A stretch of 64,000 nucleotides of DNA from Eledone cirrhosa (taxonomy: Eukaryota). The notes under the pieces were generated by a model that saw only the letters and a list, made by a program, of their open reading frames with translations, was not told the DNA's origin and ran no database searches. Position 1 is the stretch's first letter. The number at the start of each line of letters is the position of its first letter. Location of the stretch: positions 23,684,001-23,748,000 of the forward strand of contig OZ024744.1 in assembly GCA_964016885.1 (NCBI GenBank), written 5' to 3'. The translations under genes and the position numbers were made by a program. Below are positions 11,601 through 26,600 of the stretch, in pieces.

Positions 11601-14600
11601 TTAAGAACTGATTCGTTTTAACAACAGCTGAATCTTAAGATAAACTCGTATTAACAACAGTTGAATCTTAAGATAAACCTCGTTTTAACAACATTTGAAT
11701 CTTAAGAACTGACTCGTTTTAACAACAGCTGAATCTTAAGATAAAACTCGTTTTAACAACAGTTGATTCTTAAGAACTGACTCGTTTTATCAACAGTTCA
11801 ACCTTAAGAACTGACTCGTTTTAACAACAGTTGAATCTTCAAATAAAACTCGTTTTAACAACAGTTGAATCTTCAAATAAAACTCGTTTTAACAACAGTT
11901 GAATATTATGATGAAACTCATTTTAACAACAGCTGATTCTTAAGATAAAACTCGTTTTAACAACAGTTGAATCTTAAGAACTGACTCGTTTTAACAACAG
12001 CTGAATCTTAAGATAAAACTCGTTTTAACAACAGTTGAATCTTAAGATAAAATTCGTTTTAACAATAGTTGAATGTTAAGAACTGGTTCGTTTTAACAAC
12101 AGTTGGATCTTAAGATAAAACTGGTTTTAACAACAGTTGAATCTTAAGAACTGACTCGTTTTAACAACAGTTGAATCTTAAGAACTGACTCGTTTTAACA
12201 ACAGTTGAATCTTAAGATAAAACTCGTTTTAACAACAGCTGAATCTTAAGATAAAACTCGTTTTAACAACAGTTGAATCTTAAAAACTGACTCATTTTAA
12301 CAACAGTTGAATCTTAAGAACTGATTCGTTTTAACAACAGATGAATCTTAAGATAAAACTCGTTTTAACAACAGTTGAATCTTAAGAACTGACTCGTTTT
12401 AACAACAGCTGAATCTTAAGATAAAACTCGTTTTACAACAGTTGAATCTTAAGAACTGATTCGTTTTAACAACAGCTGAATCTTAAGATAAACTCGTTTT
12501 AACAACAGTTGAATCTTAACATAAACCTCGTTTTAACAACATTTGAATCTTAAAAACTGACTCGTTTTAACAACAGCTGAATCTTAAGATAAAACTCGTT
12601 TTAACAACAGTTGAATCTTAAGAACTGACTCGTTTTATCAACAGTTCAACCTTAAGAACTGACTCGTTTTAACAACAGTTGAATCTTCAAATAAAACTCG
12701 TTTTAACAACAGTTGAATATTATGATAAAACTCATTTTAACAACAGTTGATTCTTAAGATAAAACTCGTTTTAACAACAGTTGAATCTTAAGAACTGACT
12801 CGTTTTAACAACAGTTGAATCTTAAGAACTAACTCGTTTTATCAACAGTTCAACCTTAAGAACTGACTCGTTTTAACAACAGTTGAATCTTCAAATAAAA
12901 CTCGTTTTAACAACAGTTGAATCTTAAGAACTGACTCGTTTTAACAACAGCTGAATCTTAAGATAAAACTCGTTTTAACGACAGTTGAATCTTACGAACT
13001 GACTCGTTTTATCAACAGTTCAACCTTAAGAACTGACTCATTTTAACAACAGTTGAATCTTCAAATAAAACTCGTTTTAACAACAGTTGAATCTTAAGAA
13101 CTGATTCGTTTTAACAACAGCTGAATCTTAAGATAAACTCGTTTTAACAACAGTTGAATCTTAAGATAAACCTCGTTTTAACAACATTTGAATCTTAAGA
13201 ACTGACTCGTTTTAACAACAGCTGCATCTTAAGATAAAACTCGTTTTAACAACAGTTGAATCCTAAGAACTGACTCGTTTTATCAACAGTTCAACCTTAA
13301 TAACTGACTCGTTTTAACTACAGTTGAATCTTCAAATTAAACTCGTTTTAACAACAGTTGAATCTTAAGAACTGACTCGTTTTAACAACAGTTGAATCTT
13401 AAGATAAAACTCGTTTTAACAACAGCTGAATCTTAAGATAAAACTCGTTTTAACAACAGTTGAATCTTAAGATAAAACTCGTTTTAACAACAGTTGAATC
13501 TTAAGAACTGACTCATTTTAACAGCAGTTGAATCTTAAGAACTGATTCGTTTTAACAACAGCTGAATCTTAAGATAAACTCGTTTTAACAACAGTTGAAT
13601 CTTAAGATAAACCTCGTTTTAACAACATTTGAATCTTAAGAACTGACTCGTTTTAACAACAGCTGCATCTTAAGATAAAACTCGTTTTAACAACAGTTGA
13701 ATCCTAAGAACTGACTCGTTTTATCAACAGTTCAACCTGAAGAACTGACTCGTTTTAACAACAGTTGAATCTTCAAATAAAACTCGTTTTAACAACAGTT
13801 GAATCTTAAGAACTGACTCGTTTTAACAACAGTTGAATCTTAAGATAAAACTCGTTTCAACAACAGCTGAATCTTAAGATAAAACTCGTTTTAACAACAG
13901 TTGAATCTTAAGATAAAACTCGTTTTAACAACAGTTGAATCTTAAGAACTGACTCATTTTAACAACAGTTGAATCTTAAGAAATGATTCGTTTTAACAAC
14001 AGTTGAATCTTCAAATAAAACTCGTTTTAACAACAGTTGAATATTATGATAAAATTCATTTTAACAACAGTTGATTCTTAAGATAAAACTCGTTTTAACG
14101 ACAGTTGAATCTTAAGAACTGACTCGTTTTAACAACAGCTGAATCTTAAGATAAAACTCGTTTTAACAACAGTTGAATCTTAAGATAAAATTCGTTTTAA
14201 CAATAGTTGAATGTTAAGAACTGGTTCGTTTTAACAACAGTTGGATCTTAAGATAAAACTCGTTTTAACAACAGTTGAATCTTAAGAACTGACTCGTTTT
14301 AACAACAGTTGAATCTTAAGAAGTGACTCGTTTTATCAACAGTTCAACCTTAAGAACTGACTCGTTTTAACAACAGTTGAATCTTCAAATAAAACTCGTT
14401 TTAACAACAGTTGAATCTTAAGAACTGATTCGTTTTAACAACAGCTGAATCTTAAGATAAACTCGTATTAACAACAGTTGAATCTTAAGATAAACCTCGT
14501 TTTAACAACATTTGAATCTTAAGAACTGACTCGTTTTAACAACAGCTGAATCTTAAGATAAAACTCGTTTTAACAACAGTTGAATCTTAAGAACTGACTC

Positions 14601-17600
14601 GTTTTATCAACAGTTCAACCTTAAGAACTGACTCGTTTTAACAACAGTTGAATCTTAAGAACTGACTCGTTTTAACAACAGCTGAATCTTAAGATAAAAC
14701 TCGTTTTAACAACAATTGAATCTTAAGATAAAATTCGTTTTAACAATAGTTGAATGTTAAGAACTGGTTCGTTTTAACAACAGTTGGATCTTAAGATAAA
14801 ACTCGTTTTAACAACAGTTGAATCTTAAGAACTGACTCGTTTTAACAACAGTTGAATCTTAAGAACTGACTCGTTTTAACAACAGTTGAATCTTAAGATA
14901 AAACTCGTTTTAACAACAGCTGAATCTTAAGATAAAACTCGTTTTAACAACAGTTGAATCTTAAGATAAAACTCGTTTTAACAACAGTTGAATCTTAAGA
15001 ACTGACTCATTTTAACAACAGTTGAATCTTAATAACTGATTCGTTTTAACAACAGATGAATCTTAAGATAAAACTCGTTTTACAACAGTTGAATCTTAAG
15101 AACTGATTCGTTTTAACAACAGCTGAATATTAAGATAAACTCGTTTTAACAACAGTTGAATCTTAACATAAACCTCGTTTTAACAACATTTGAATCTTAA
15201 AAACTGACTCGTTTTAACAACAGCTGAATCTTAAGATAAAACTCGTTTTAACAACAGTTGAATCTTCAAATAAAACTCGTTTTAACAACAGTTGAATATT
15301 ATGATAAAACTCATTTTAACAACAGTTGATTCTTAAGATAAAACTCGTTTTAACAACAGTTGAATCTTAAGAACTGACTCGTTTTAACAACAGTTGAATC
15401 TTAAGAACTGACTCGTTTTATCAACAGTTCAACCTTAAGAACTGACTCGTTTTAACAACAGTTGAATCTTCAAATAAAACTCGTTTTAACAACAGTTGAA
15501 TCTTAAGAACTCACTCGTTTTAACAACAGTTGAATCTTAAGATAAAACTCGTTTTAACAACAGTTGAATCTTAAGATAAAACTCGTTTTAACAACAGTTG
15601 AATCTTAAGAACCGACTCGTTTTAACAACAGCTGAATCTTAAGATAAAACTCGTTTTACAACAGTTGAATCTTAAGAACTGATTCGTTTTAACAACAGCT
15701 GAATATTAAGATAAACTCGTTTTAACAACAGTTGAATCTTAACATAAACCTCGTTTTAACAACATTTGAATCTTAAAAATTTACTCGTTTTAACAACAGC
15801 TGGATCTTAAGATAAAACTCGTTTTAACAACAGTTGAATATTATGATAAAACTCATTTTAACAACAGTTGATTCTTAAGATAAAACTCGTTTTAACAACA
15901 GATGAATCTTAAGAACTGACTCGTTTTAACAACAGTTGAATCTTAAGAACTGACTCGTTTTATCAACAGTTCAACCTTAAGAACTGACTCGTTTTAACAA
16001 CAGTTGAATCTTAAGAACTCACTCGTTTTAACAATAGTTTAATCTTAAGATAAAACTCGTTTTAACAACAGTTGAATCTTAAGATAAAACTCGTTTTAAC
16101 AACAGTGGAATCTTAAGAACTGACTCGTTTTAATAACAGTTGAATCTTAAGATAGAACTCGTTTTAACAACAGTTGAATCTTAAGAACTGACTCGTTTTA
16201 ACAACAGCTGAATCTTAAGATAAAACTCGTTTTAACAAAAGCTGAATCTTAAGATAAACTCGTTTTAACAACAGTTGAATCTTAAGATAAACCTCGTTTT
16301 AACAACATTTGAATCTTAAGAACTGACTCGTTTTAACAACAGCTGAATCTTAAGATAAAACTCGTTTTAACAACAGTTGAATCTTAAGAACTGACTCGTT
16401 TTATCAACAGTTCAACCTTAAGAACTGACTCGTTTTAACAACAGTTGAATCTTCAAATAAAACTCGTTTTAACAACAGTTGAATCTGCAAATAAAACTCG
16501 TTTTAACAACAGTTGAATCTTCAAATAAAACTCGTTTTAACAACAGTTGAATATTATGATAAAACTCATTTAACAACAGTTGATTCTTAAGATAAAACTC
16601 GTTTTAACAACAGTTGAATCTTAAGAACTGACTCGTTTTAACAACAGCTGAATCTTAAGATAAAACTCGTATTAACAACAGTTGAATCTTAAGATAAAAT
16701 TCGTTTTAACAATAGTTGAATGTTAAGAACTGGTTCGTTTTAACAACAGTTGGATCTTAAGATAAAACTCGTTTTAACAACAGTTGAATCTTAAGAACTG
16801 ACTCGTTTTAACAACAGTTGAATCTTAAGAACTGACTCGTTTTATCAACAGTTCAACCTTAAGAACTGAGTCGTTTTAACAACAGTTGAATCTTCAAATA
16901 AAACTCGTTTTAACAACAGTTGAATCTTAAGAACTGATTCGTTTTAACAACAGCTGAATCTTAAGATAAACTCGTATTAACAACAGTTGAATCTTAAGAT
17001 AAACCTCGTTTTAACAACATTTGAATCTTAAGAACTGACTCGTTTTAACAACAGCTGAATCTTAAGATAAAACTCGTTTTAACAACAGTTGATTCTTAAG
17101 AACTGACTCGTTTTATCAACAGTTCAACCTTAAGAACTGACTCGTTTTAACAACAGTTGAATCTTCAAATAAAACTCGTTTTAACAACAGTTGAATCTTC
17201 AAATAAAACTCGTTTTAACAACAGTTGAATATTATGATGAAACTCATTTTAACAACAGCTGATTCTTAAGATAAACTCGTTTTAACAACAGTTGAATCTT
17301 AAGAACTGACTCGTTTTAACAACAGCTGAATCTTAAGATAAAACTCGTTTTAACAACAGTTGGATCTTAAGATAAAACTGGTTTTAACAACAGTTGAATC
17401 TTAAGAACTGACTCGTTTTAACAACAGTTGAATCTTAAGAACTGACTCGTTTTAACAACAGTTGAATCTTAAGATAAAACTCGTTTTAACAACAGCTGAA
17501 TCTTAAGATATAACTCGTTTTAACAACAGTTGAATCTTAAAAACTGACTCATTTTAACAACAGTTGAATCTTAAGAACTGATTCGTTTTAACAACAGCTG

Positions 17601-20600
17601 AATCTTAAGATAAAACTCGTTTTACAACAGTTGAATCTTAAGAACTGATTCGTTTTAACAACAGCTGAATCTTAAGATAAACTCGTTTTAACAACAGTTG
17701 AATCTTAACATAAACCTCGTTTTAACAACATTTGAATCTTAAAAACTGACTCGTTTTAACAACAGCTGAATCTTAAGATAAAACTCGTTTTAACAACAGT
17801 TGAATCTTAAGAACTGACTCGTTTTATCAACAGTTCAACCTTAAGAACTGACTCGTTTTAACAACAGTTGAATCTTCAAATAAAACTCGTTTTAACAACA
17901 GTTGAATATTATGATAAAACTCATTTTAACAACAGTTGATTCTTAAGATAAAACTCGTTTTAACAACAGTTGAATCTTAAGAACTGACTCGTTTTAACAA
18001 CAGTTGAATCTTAAGAACTAACTCGTTTTATCAACAGTTCAACCTTAAGAACTGACTCGTTTTAACAACAGTTGAATCTTCAAATAAAACTCGTTTTAAC
18101 AACAGTTGAATCTTAAGAACTGACTCGTTTTAACAACAGCTGAATCTTAAGATAAAACTCGTTTTAACGACAGTTGAATCTTACGAACTGACTCGTTTTA
18201 TCAACAGTTCAACCTTAAGAACTGACTCATTTTAACAACAGTTGAATCTTCAAATAAAACTCGTTTTAACAACAGTTGAATCTTAAGAACTGATTCGTTT
18301 TAACAACAGCTGAATCTTAAGATAAACTCGTTTTAACAACAGTTGAATCTTAAGATAAACCTCGTTTTAACAACATTTGAATCTTAAGAACTGACTCGTT
18401 TTAACAACAGCTGCATCTTAAGATAAAACTCGTTTTAACAACAGTTGAATCCTAAGAACTGACTCGTTTTATCAACAGTTCAACCTGAAGAACTGACTCG
18501 TTTTAACAACAGTTGAATCTTCAAATAAAACTCGTTTTAACAACAGTTGAATCTTAAGAACTGACTCGTTTTAACAACAGTTGAATCTTAAGATAAAACT
18601 CGTTTTAACAACAGCTGAATCTTAAGATAAAACTCGTTTTAACAACAGTTGAATCTTAAGATAAAACTCGTTTTAACAACAGTTGAATCTTAAGAACTGA
18701 CTCATTTTAACAACAGTTGAATCTTAAGAACTGATTCGTTTTAACAACAGTTGAATCTTCAAATAAAACTCGTTTTAACAACAGTTGAATATTATGATAA
18801 AACTCATTTTAACAACAGTTGATTCTTAAGATAAAACTCGTTTTAACGACAGTTGAATCTTAAGAACTGACTCGTTTTAACAACAGCTGAATCTTAAGAT
18901 AAAACTCGTTTTATCAACAGTTGAATCTTAAGATAAAATTCGTTTTAACAATAGTTGAATGTTAAGAACTGGTTCGTTTTAACAACAGTTGGATCTTAAG
19001 ATAAAACTCGTTTTAACAACAGTTGAATCTTAAGAACTGACTCGTTTTAACAACAGTTGAATCTTAAGAAGTGACTCGTTTTATCAACAGTTCAACCTTA
19101 AGAACTGACTCGTTTTAACAACAGTTGAATCTTCAAATAAAACTCGTTTTAACAACAGTTGAATCTTAAGAACTGATTCGTTTTAACAACAGCTGAATCT
19201 TAAGATAAACTCGTATTAACAACAGTTGAATCTTAAGATAAACCTCGTTTTAACAACATTTGAATCTTAAGAACTGACTCGTTTTAACAACAGCTGAATC
19301 TTAAGATAAAACTCGTTTTAACAACAGTTGAATCTTAAGAACTGACTCGTTTTATCAACAGTTCAACCTTAAGAACTGACTCGTTTTAACAACAGTTGAA
19401 TCTTCAAATAAAACTCGTTTTAACAACAGTTGAATCTTCAAATAAAACTCGTTTTAACAACAGTTGAATATTATGATAAACCTCATTTTAACAACAGCTG
19501 ATTCTTAAGATAAAACTCGTTTTAACAACAGTTGAATCTTAAGAACTGACTCGTTTTAACAACAGCTGAATCTTAAGATAAAACTCGTTTTAACAACAGT
19601 TGAATCTTAAGATAAAATTCGTTTTAACAATAGTTGAATGTTAAGAACTGGTTCGTTTTAACAACAGTTGGATCTTAAGATAAAACTCGTTTTAACAACA
19701 GTTGAATCTTAAGAACTGACTCGTTTTAACAACAGTTGAATCTTAAGAACTGACTCGTTTTAACAACAGTTGAATCTTAAGATAAAACTCGTTTTAACAA
19801 CAGCTGAATCTTAAGATAAAACTCGTTTTAACAACAGTTGAATCTTAAGATAAAACTCGTTTTAACAACAGTTGAATCTTAAGAACTGACTCATTTTAAC
19901 AACAGTTGAATCTTAATAACTGATTCGTTTTAACAACAGATGAATCTTAAGATAAAACTCGTTTTAACAACAGTTGAATCTTAAGAACTGACTCGTTTTA
20001 ACAACAGCTGAATCTTAAGATAAAACTCGTTTTACAACAGTTGAATCTTAAGAACTGATTCGTTTTAACAACAGCTGAATATTAAGATAAACTCGTTTTA
20101 ACAACAGTTGAATCTTAACATAAACCTCGTTTTAACAACATTTGAATCTTAAAAACTGACTCGTTTTAACAACAGCTGAATCTTAAGATAAAACTCGTTT
20201 TAACAACAGTTGAATCTTCAAATAAAACTCGTTTTAACAACAGTTGAATATTATGATAAAACTCATTTTAACAACAGTTGATTCTTAAGAACTGACTCGT
20301 TTTAACAACAGTTGAATCTTAAGAACTGACTCGTTTTATCAACAGTTCAACCTTAAGAACTGACTCGTTTTAACAACAGTTGAATCTTCAAATAAAACTC
20401 GTTTTAACAACAGTTGAATCTTAAGAACTCACTCGTTTTAACAACAGTTGAATCTTAAGATAAAACTCGTTTTAACAACAGTGGAATCTTAAGAACTGAC
20501 TCGTTTTAATAACAGTTGAATCTTAAGATAAAACTCGTTTTAACAACAGTTGAATCTTAAGAACTGACTCGTTTTAACAACAGCTGAATCTTAAGATAAA

Positions 20601-20635
20601 ACTCGTTTTACAACAGTTGAATCTTAAGAACTGAT

Positions 20636-23600
20636 TCGTTTTAACAACAGCTGAATATTAAGATAAACTCGTTTTAACAACAGTTGAATCTTAACATAAA
20701 CCTCGTTTTAACAACATTTGAATCTTAAAAATTTACTCGTTTTAACAACAGCTGGATCTTAAGATAAAACTCGTTTTAACAACAGTTGAATCTTCAAATA
20801 AAACTCGTTTTAACAACAGTTGAATATTATGATAAAACTCATTTTAACAACAGTTGATTCTTAAGATAAAACTCGTTTTAACAACAGTTGAATCTTAAGA
20901 ACTGACTCGTTTTAACAACAGTTGAATCTTAAGAACTGACTCGTTTTATCAACAGTTCAACCTTAAGAACTGACTCGTTTTAACAACAGTTGAATCTTCA
21001 AATAAAACTCGTTTTAACAACAGTTGAATCTTAAGAACTCACTCGTTTTAACAACAGTTGAATCTTAAGATAAAACTCGTTTTAACAACAGTTGAAACTT
21101 AAGATAAAACTCGTTTTAACAACAGTGGAATCTTAAGAACTGACTCGTTTTAATAACAGTTGAATCTTAAGATAGAACTCGTTTTAACAACAGTTGAATC
21201 TTAAGAACTGACTCGTTTTAACAACAGCTGAATCTTAAGATAAAACTCGTTTTAACAAAAGCTGAATCTTAAGATAAACTCGTTTTAACAACAGTTGAAT
21301 CTTAAGATAAACCTCGTTTTAACAACATTTGAATCTTAAGAACTGACTCGTTTTAACAACAGCTGAATCTTAAGATAAAACTCGTTTTAACAACAGTTGA
21401 ATCTTAAGAACTGACTCGTTTTATCAACAGTTCAACCTTAAGAACTGACTCGTTTTAACAACAGTTGAATCTTCAAATAAAACTCGTTTTAACAACAGTT
21501 GAATCTGCAAATAAAACTCGTTTTAACAACATTTGAATCTTCAAATAAAACTCGTTTTAACAACAGTTGAATATTATGATAAAACTCATTTTAACAACAG
21601 TTGATTCTTAAGATAAAACTCGTTTTAACGACAGTTGAATCTTAAGAACTGACTCGTTTTAACAACAGCTGAATCTTAAGATAAAACTCGTTTTAACAAC
21701 AGTTGAATCTTAAGATAAAATTCGTTTTAACAATAGTTGAATGTTAAGAACTGGTTCGTTTTAACAACAGTTGGATCTTAAGATAAAACTCGTTTTAACA
21801 ACAGTTGAATCTTAAGAACTGACTCGTTTTAACAACAGTTGAATCTTAAGAAGTGACTCGTTTTATCAACAGTTCAACCTTAAGAACTGACTCGTTTTAA
21901 CAACAGTTGAATCTTCAAATAAAACTCGTTTTAACAACAGTTGAATCTTAAGAACTGATTCGTTTTAACAACAGCTGAATCTTAAGATAAACTCGTATTA
22001 ACAACAGTTGAATCTTAAGATAAACCTCGTTTTAACAACATTTGAATCTTAAGAACTGACTCGTTTTAACAACAGCTGAATCTTAAGATAAAACTCGTTT
22101 TAACAACAGTTGAATCTTAAGAACTGACTCGTTTTATCAACAGTTCAACCTTAAGAACTGACTCGTTTTAACAACAGTTGAATCTTCAAATAAAACTCGT
22201 TTTAACAACAGTTGAATCTTCAAATAAAACTCGTTTTAACAACAGTTGAATATTATGATAAACCTCATTTTAACAACAGCTGATTCTTAAGATAAAACTC
22301 GTTTTAACAACAGTTGAATCTTAAGAACTGACTCGTTTTAACAACAGCTGAATCTTAAGATAAAACTCGTTTTAACAACAGTTGAATCTTAAGATAACAT
22401 TCGTTTTAACAATAGTTGAATGTTAAGAACTGGTTCGTTTTAACAACAGTTGGATCTTAAGATAAAACTCGTTTTAACAACAGTTGAATCTTAAGAACTG
22501 ATTCGTTTTAACAACAGTTGAATCTTAAGAACTGACTCGTTTTAACAACAGTTGAATCTTAAGATAAAACTCGTTTTACAACAGTTGAATCTTAAGATAA
22601 AACTCGTTTTAACAACAGTTGAATCTTAAGAACTGACTCATTTTAACAACAGTTGAATCTTAATAACGGATTCGTTTTAACAACAGATGAATCTTAAGAT
22701 AAAACTCGTTTTAACAACAGTTGAATCTTAAGAACTGACTCGTTTTAACAACAGCTGAATCTTAAGATAAAACTCGTTTTACAACAGTTGAATCTTAAGA
22801 ACTGATTCGTTTTAACAACAGCTGAATATTAAGATAAACTCGTTTTAACAACAGTTGAATCTTAACATAAACCTCGTTTTAACAACATTTGAATCTTAAA
22901 AACTGACTCGTTTTAACAACAGCTGAATCTTAAGATAAAACTCGTTTTAACAACAGTTGAATCTTCAAATAAAACTCGTTTTAACAACAGTTGAATATTA
23001 TGATAAAACTCATTTTAACAACAGTTGATTCTTAAGAACTGACTCGTTTTAACAACAGTTGAATCTTAAGAACTGACTCGTTTTAACAACAGCTGAATCT
23101 TAAGATAAAACTCGTTTTAACAACAGTTGAATCTTAAGATAAAATTCGTTTTAACAATAGTTGAATGTTAAGAACTGGTTCGTTTTAACAACAGTTGGAT
23201 CTTAAGATAAAACTCGTTTTAACAACAGTTGAATCTTAAGAACTGACTCGTTTTAACAACAGTTGAATCTTAAGAACTGACTCGTTTTAACAACAGTTGA
23301 ATCTTAAGATAAAACTCGTTTTAACAACTGCTGAATCTTAAGATAAAACTCGTTTTAACAACAGTTGAATCTTAAGATAAAACTCGTTTTAACAACAGTT
23401 GAATCTTAAGAACTGACTCATTTTAACAACAGTTGAATCTTAATAACTGATTCGTTTTAACAACAGATGAATCTTAAGATAAAACTCGTTTTAACAACAG
23501 TTGAATCTTAAGAACTGACTCGTTTTAACAACAGCTGAATCTTAAGATAAAACTCGTTTTACAACAGTTGAATCTTAAGAACTGATTCGTTTTAACAACA

Positions 23601-26600
23601 GCTGAATATTAAGATAAACTCGTTTTAACAACAGTTGAATCTTAACATAAACCTCGTTTTAACAACATTTGAATCTTAAAAACTGACTCGTTTTAACAAC
23701 AGCTGAATCTTAAGATAAAACTCGTTTTAACAACAGTTGAATCTTCAAATAAAACTCGTTTTAACAACAGTTGAATATTATGATAAAACTCATTTTAACA
23801 ACAGTTGATTCTTAAGAACTGACTCGTTTTAACAACAGTTGAATCTTAAGAACTGACTCGTTTTATCAACAGTTCAACCTTAAGAACTGACTCGTTTTAA
23901 CAACAGTTGAATCTTCAAATAAAACTCGTTTTAACAACAGTTGAATCTTAAGAACTCACTCGTTTTAACAACAGTTGAATCTTAAGATAAAACTCGTTTT
24001 AACAACAGTTGAATCTTAAGATAAAACTCGTTTTAACAACAGTGGAATCTTAAGAACTGACTCGTTTTAATAACAGTTGAATCTTAAGATAAAACTCGTT
24101 ATAACAACAGTTGAATCTTAAGAACTGACTCGTTTTAACAACAGCTGAATCTTAAGATAAAACTCGTTTTACAACAGTTGAATCTTAAGAACTGATTCGT
24201 TTTAACAACAGCTGAATATTAAGATAAACTCGTTTTAACAACAGTTGAATCTTAACATAAACCTCGTTTTAACAACATTTGAATCTTAAAAATTTACTCG
24301 TTTTAACAACAGCTGGATCTTAAGATAAAACTCGTTTTAACAACAGTTGAATCTTCAAATAAAACTCGTTTTAACAACAGTTGAATATTATGATAAAACT
24401 CATTTTAACAACAGTTGATTCTTAAGATAAAACTCGTTTTAACAACAGTTGAATCTTAAGAACTGACTCGTTTTAACAACAGTTGAATCTTAAGAACTGA
24501 CTCGTTTTATCAACAGTTCAACCTTAAGAACTGACTCGTTTTAACAACAGTTGAATCTTCAAATAAAACTCGTTTTAACAACAGTTGAATCTTAAGAACT
24601 CACTCGTTTTAACAACAGTTGAATCTTAAGATAAAACTCGTTTTAACAACAGTTGAAACTTAAGATAAAACTCGTTTTAACAACAGTGGAATCTTAAGAA
24701 CTGACTCGTTTTAATAACAGTTGAATCTTAAGATAGAACTCGTTTTAACAACAGTTGAATCTTAAGAACTGACTCGTTTTAACAACAGCTGAATCTTAAG
24801 ATAAAACTCGTTTTAACAAAAGCTGAATCTTAAGATAAACTCGTTTTAACAACAGTTGAATCTTAAGATAAACCTCGTTTTAACAACATTTGAATCTTAA
24901 GAACTGACTCGTTTTAACAACAGCTGAATCTTAAGATAAAACTCGTTTTAACAACAGTTGAATCTTAAGAACTGACTCGTTTTATCAACAGTTCAACCTT
25001 AAGAACTGACTCGTTTTAACAACAGTTGAATCTTCAAATAAAACTCGTTTTAACAACAGTTGAATCTTCAAATAAAACTCGTTTTAACAACAGTTGAATA
25101 TTATGATAAACCTCATTTTAACAACAGCTGATTCTTAAGATAAAACTCGTTTTAACAACAGTTGAATCTTAAGAACTGACTCGTTTTAACAACAGCTGAA
25201 TCTTAAGATAAAACTCGTTTTAACAACAGTTGAATCTTAAGATAACATTCGTTTTAACAATAGTTGAATGTTAAGAACTGGTTCGTTTTAACAACAGTTG
25301 GATCTTAAGATAAAACTCGTTTTAACAACAGTTGAATCTTAAGAACTGACTCGTTTTAACAACAGTTGAATCTTAAGAACTGACTCGTTTTAACAACAGT
25401 TGAATCTTAAGATAAAACTCGTTTTACAACAGCTGAATCTTAAGATAAAACTCGTTTTAACAACAGTTGAATCTTAAGATAAAACTCGTTTTAACAACAG
25501 TTGAATCTTAAGAACTGACTCATTTTAACAACAGTTGAATCTTAAGAACTGATTCGTTTTAACAACAGATGAATATTAAGATAAACTCGTTTTAACAACA
25601 GTTGAATCTTAACATAAACCTCGTTTTAACAACATTTGAATCTTAAAAATTTACTCGTTTTAACAACAGCTGGATCTTAAGATAAAACTCGTTTTAACAA
25701 CAGTTGAATCTTCAAATAAAACTCGTTTTAACAACAGTTGAATATTATGATAAAACTCATTTTAACAACAGTTGATTCTTAAGATAAAACTCGTTTTAAC
25801 AACAGTTGAATCTTAAGAACTGACTCGTTTTAACAACAGTTGAATCTTAAGAACTGACTCGTTTTATCAACAGTTCAACCTTAAGAACTGACTCGTTTTA
25901 ACAACAGTTGAATCTTCAAATAAAACTCGTTTTAACAACAGTTGAATCTTAAGAACTCACTCGTTTTAACAACAGTTGAATCTTAAGATAAAACTCGTTT
26001 TAACAACAGTTGAAACTTAAGATAAAACTCGTTTTAACAACAGTGGAATCTTAAGAACTGACTCATTTTAACAACAGCTGAATCTTAAGATAAAACTCGT
26101 TTTAACAAAAGCTGAATCTTAAGATAAACTCGTTTTAACAACAGTTGAATCTTAAGATAAACCTCGTTTTAACAACATTTGAATCTTAAGAACTGACTCG
26201 TTTTAACAACAGCTGAATCTTAAGATAAAACTCGTTTTAACAACAGTTGAATCTTAAGAACTGACTCGTTTTATCAACAGTTCAACCTTAAGAACTGACT
26301 CGTTTTAACAACAGTTGAATCTTCAAATAAAACTCGTTTTAACAACAGTTGAATCTGCAAATAAAACTCGTTTTAACAACATTTGAATCTTCAAATAAAA
26401 CTCGTTTTAACAACAGTTGAATATTATGATAAAACTCATTTTAACAACAGTTGATTCTTAAGATAAAACTCGTTTTAACGACAGTTGAATCTTAAGAACT
26501 GACTCGTTTTAACAACAGCTGAATCTTAAGATAAAACTCGTTTTAACAACAGTTGAATCTTAAGATAAAATTCGTTTTAACAATAGTTGAATGTTAAGAA

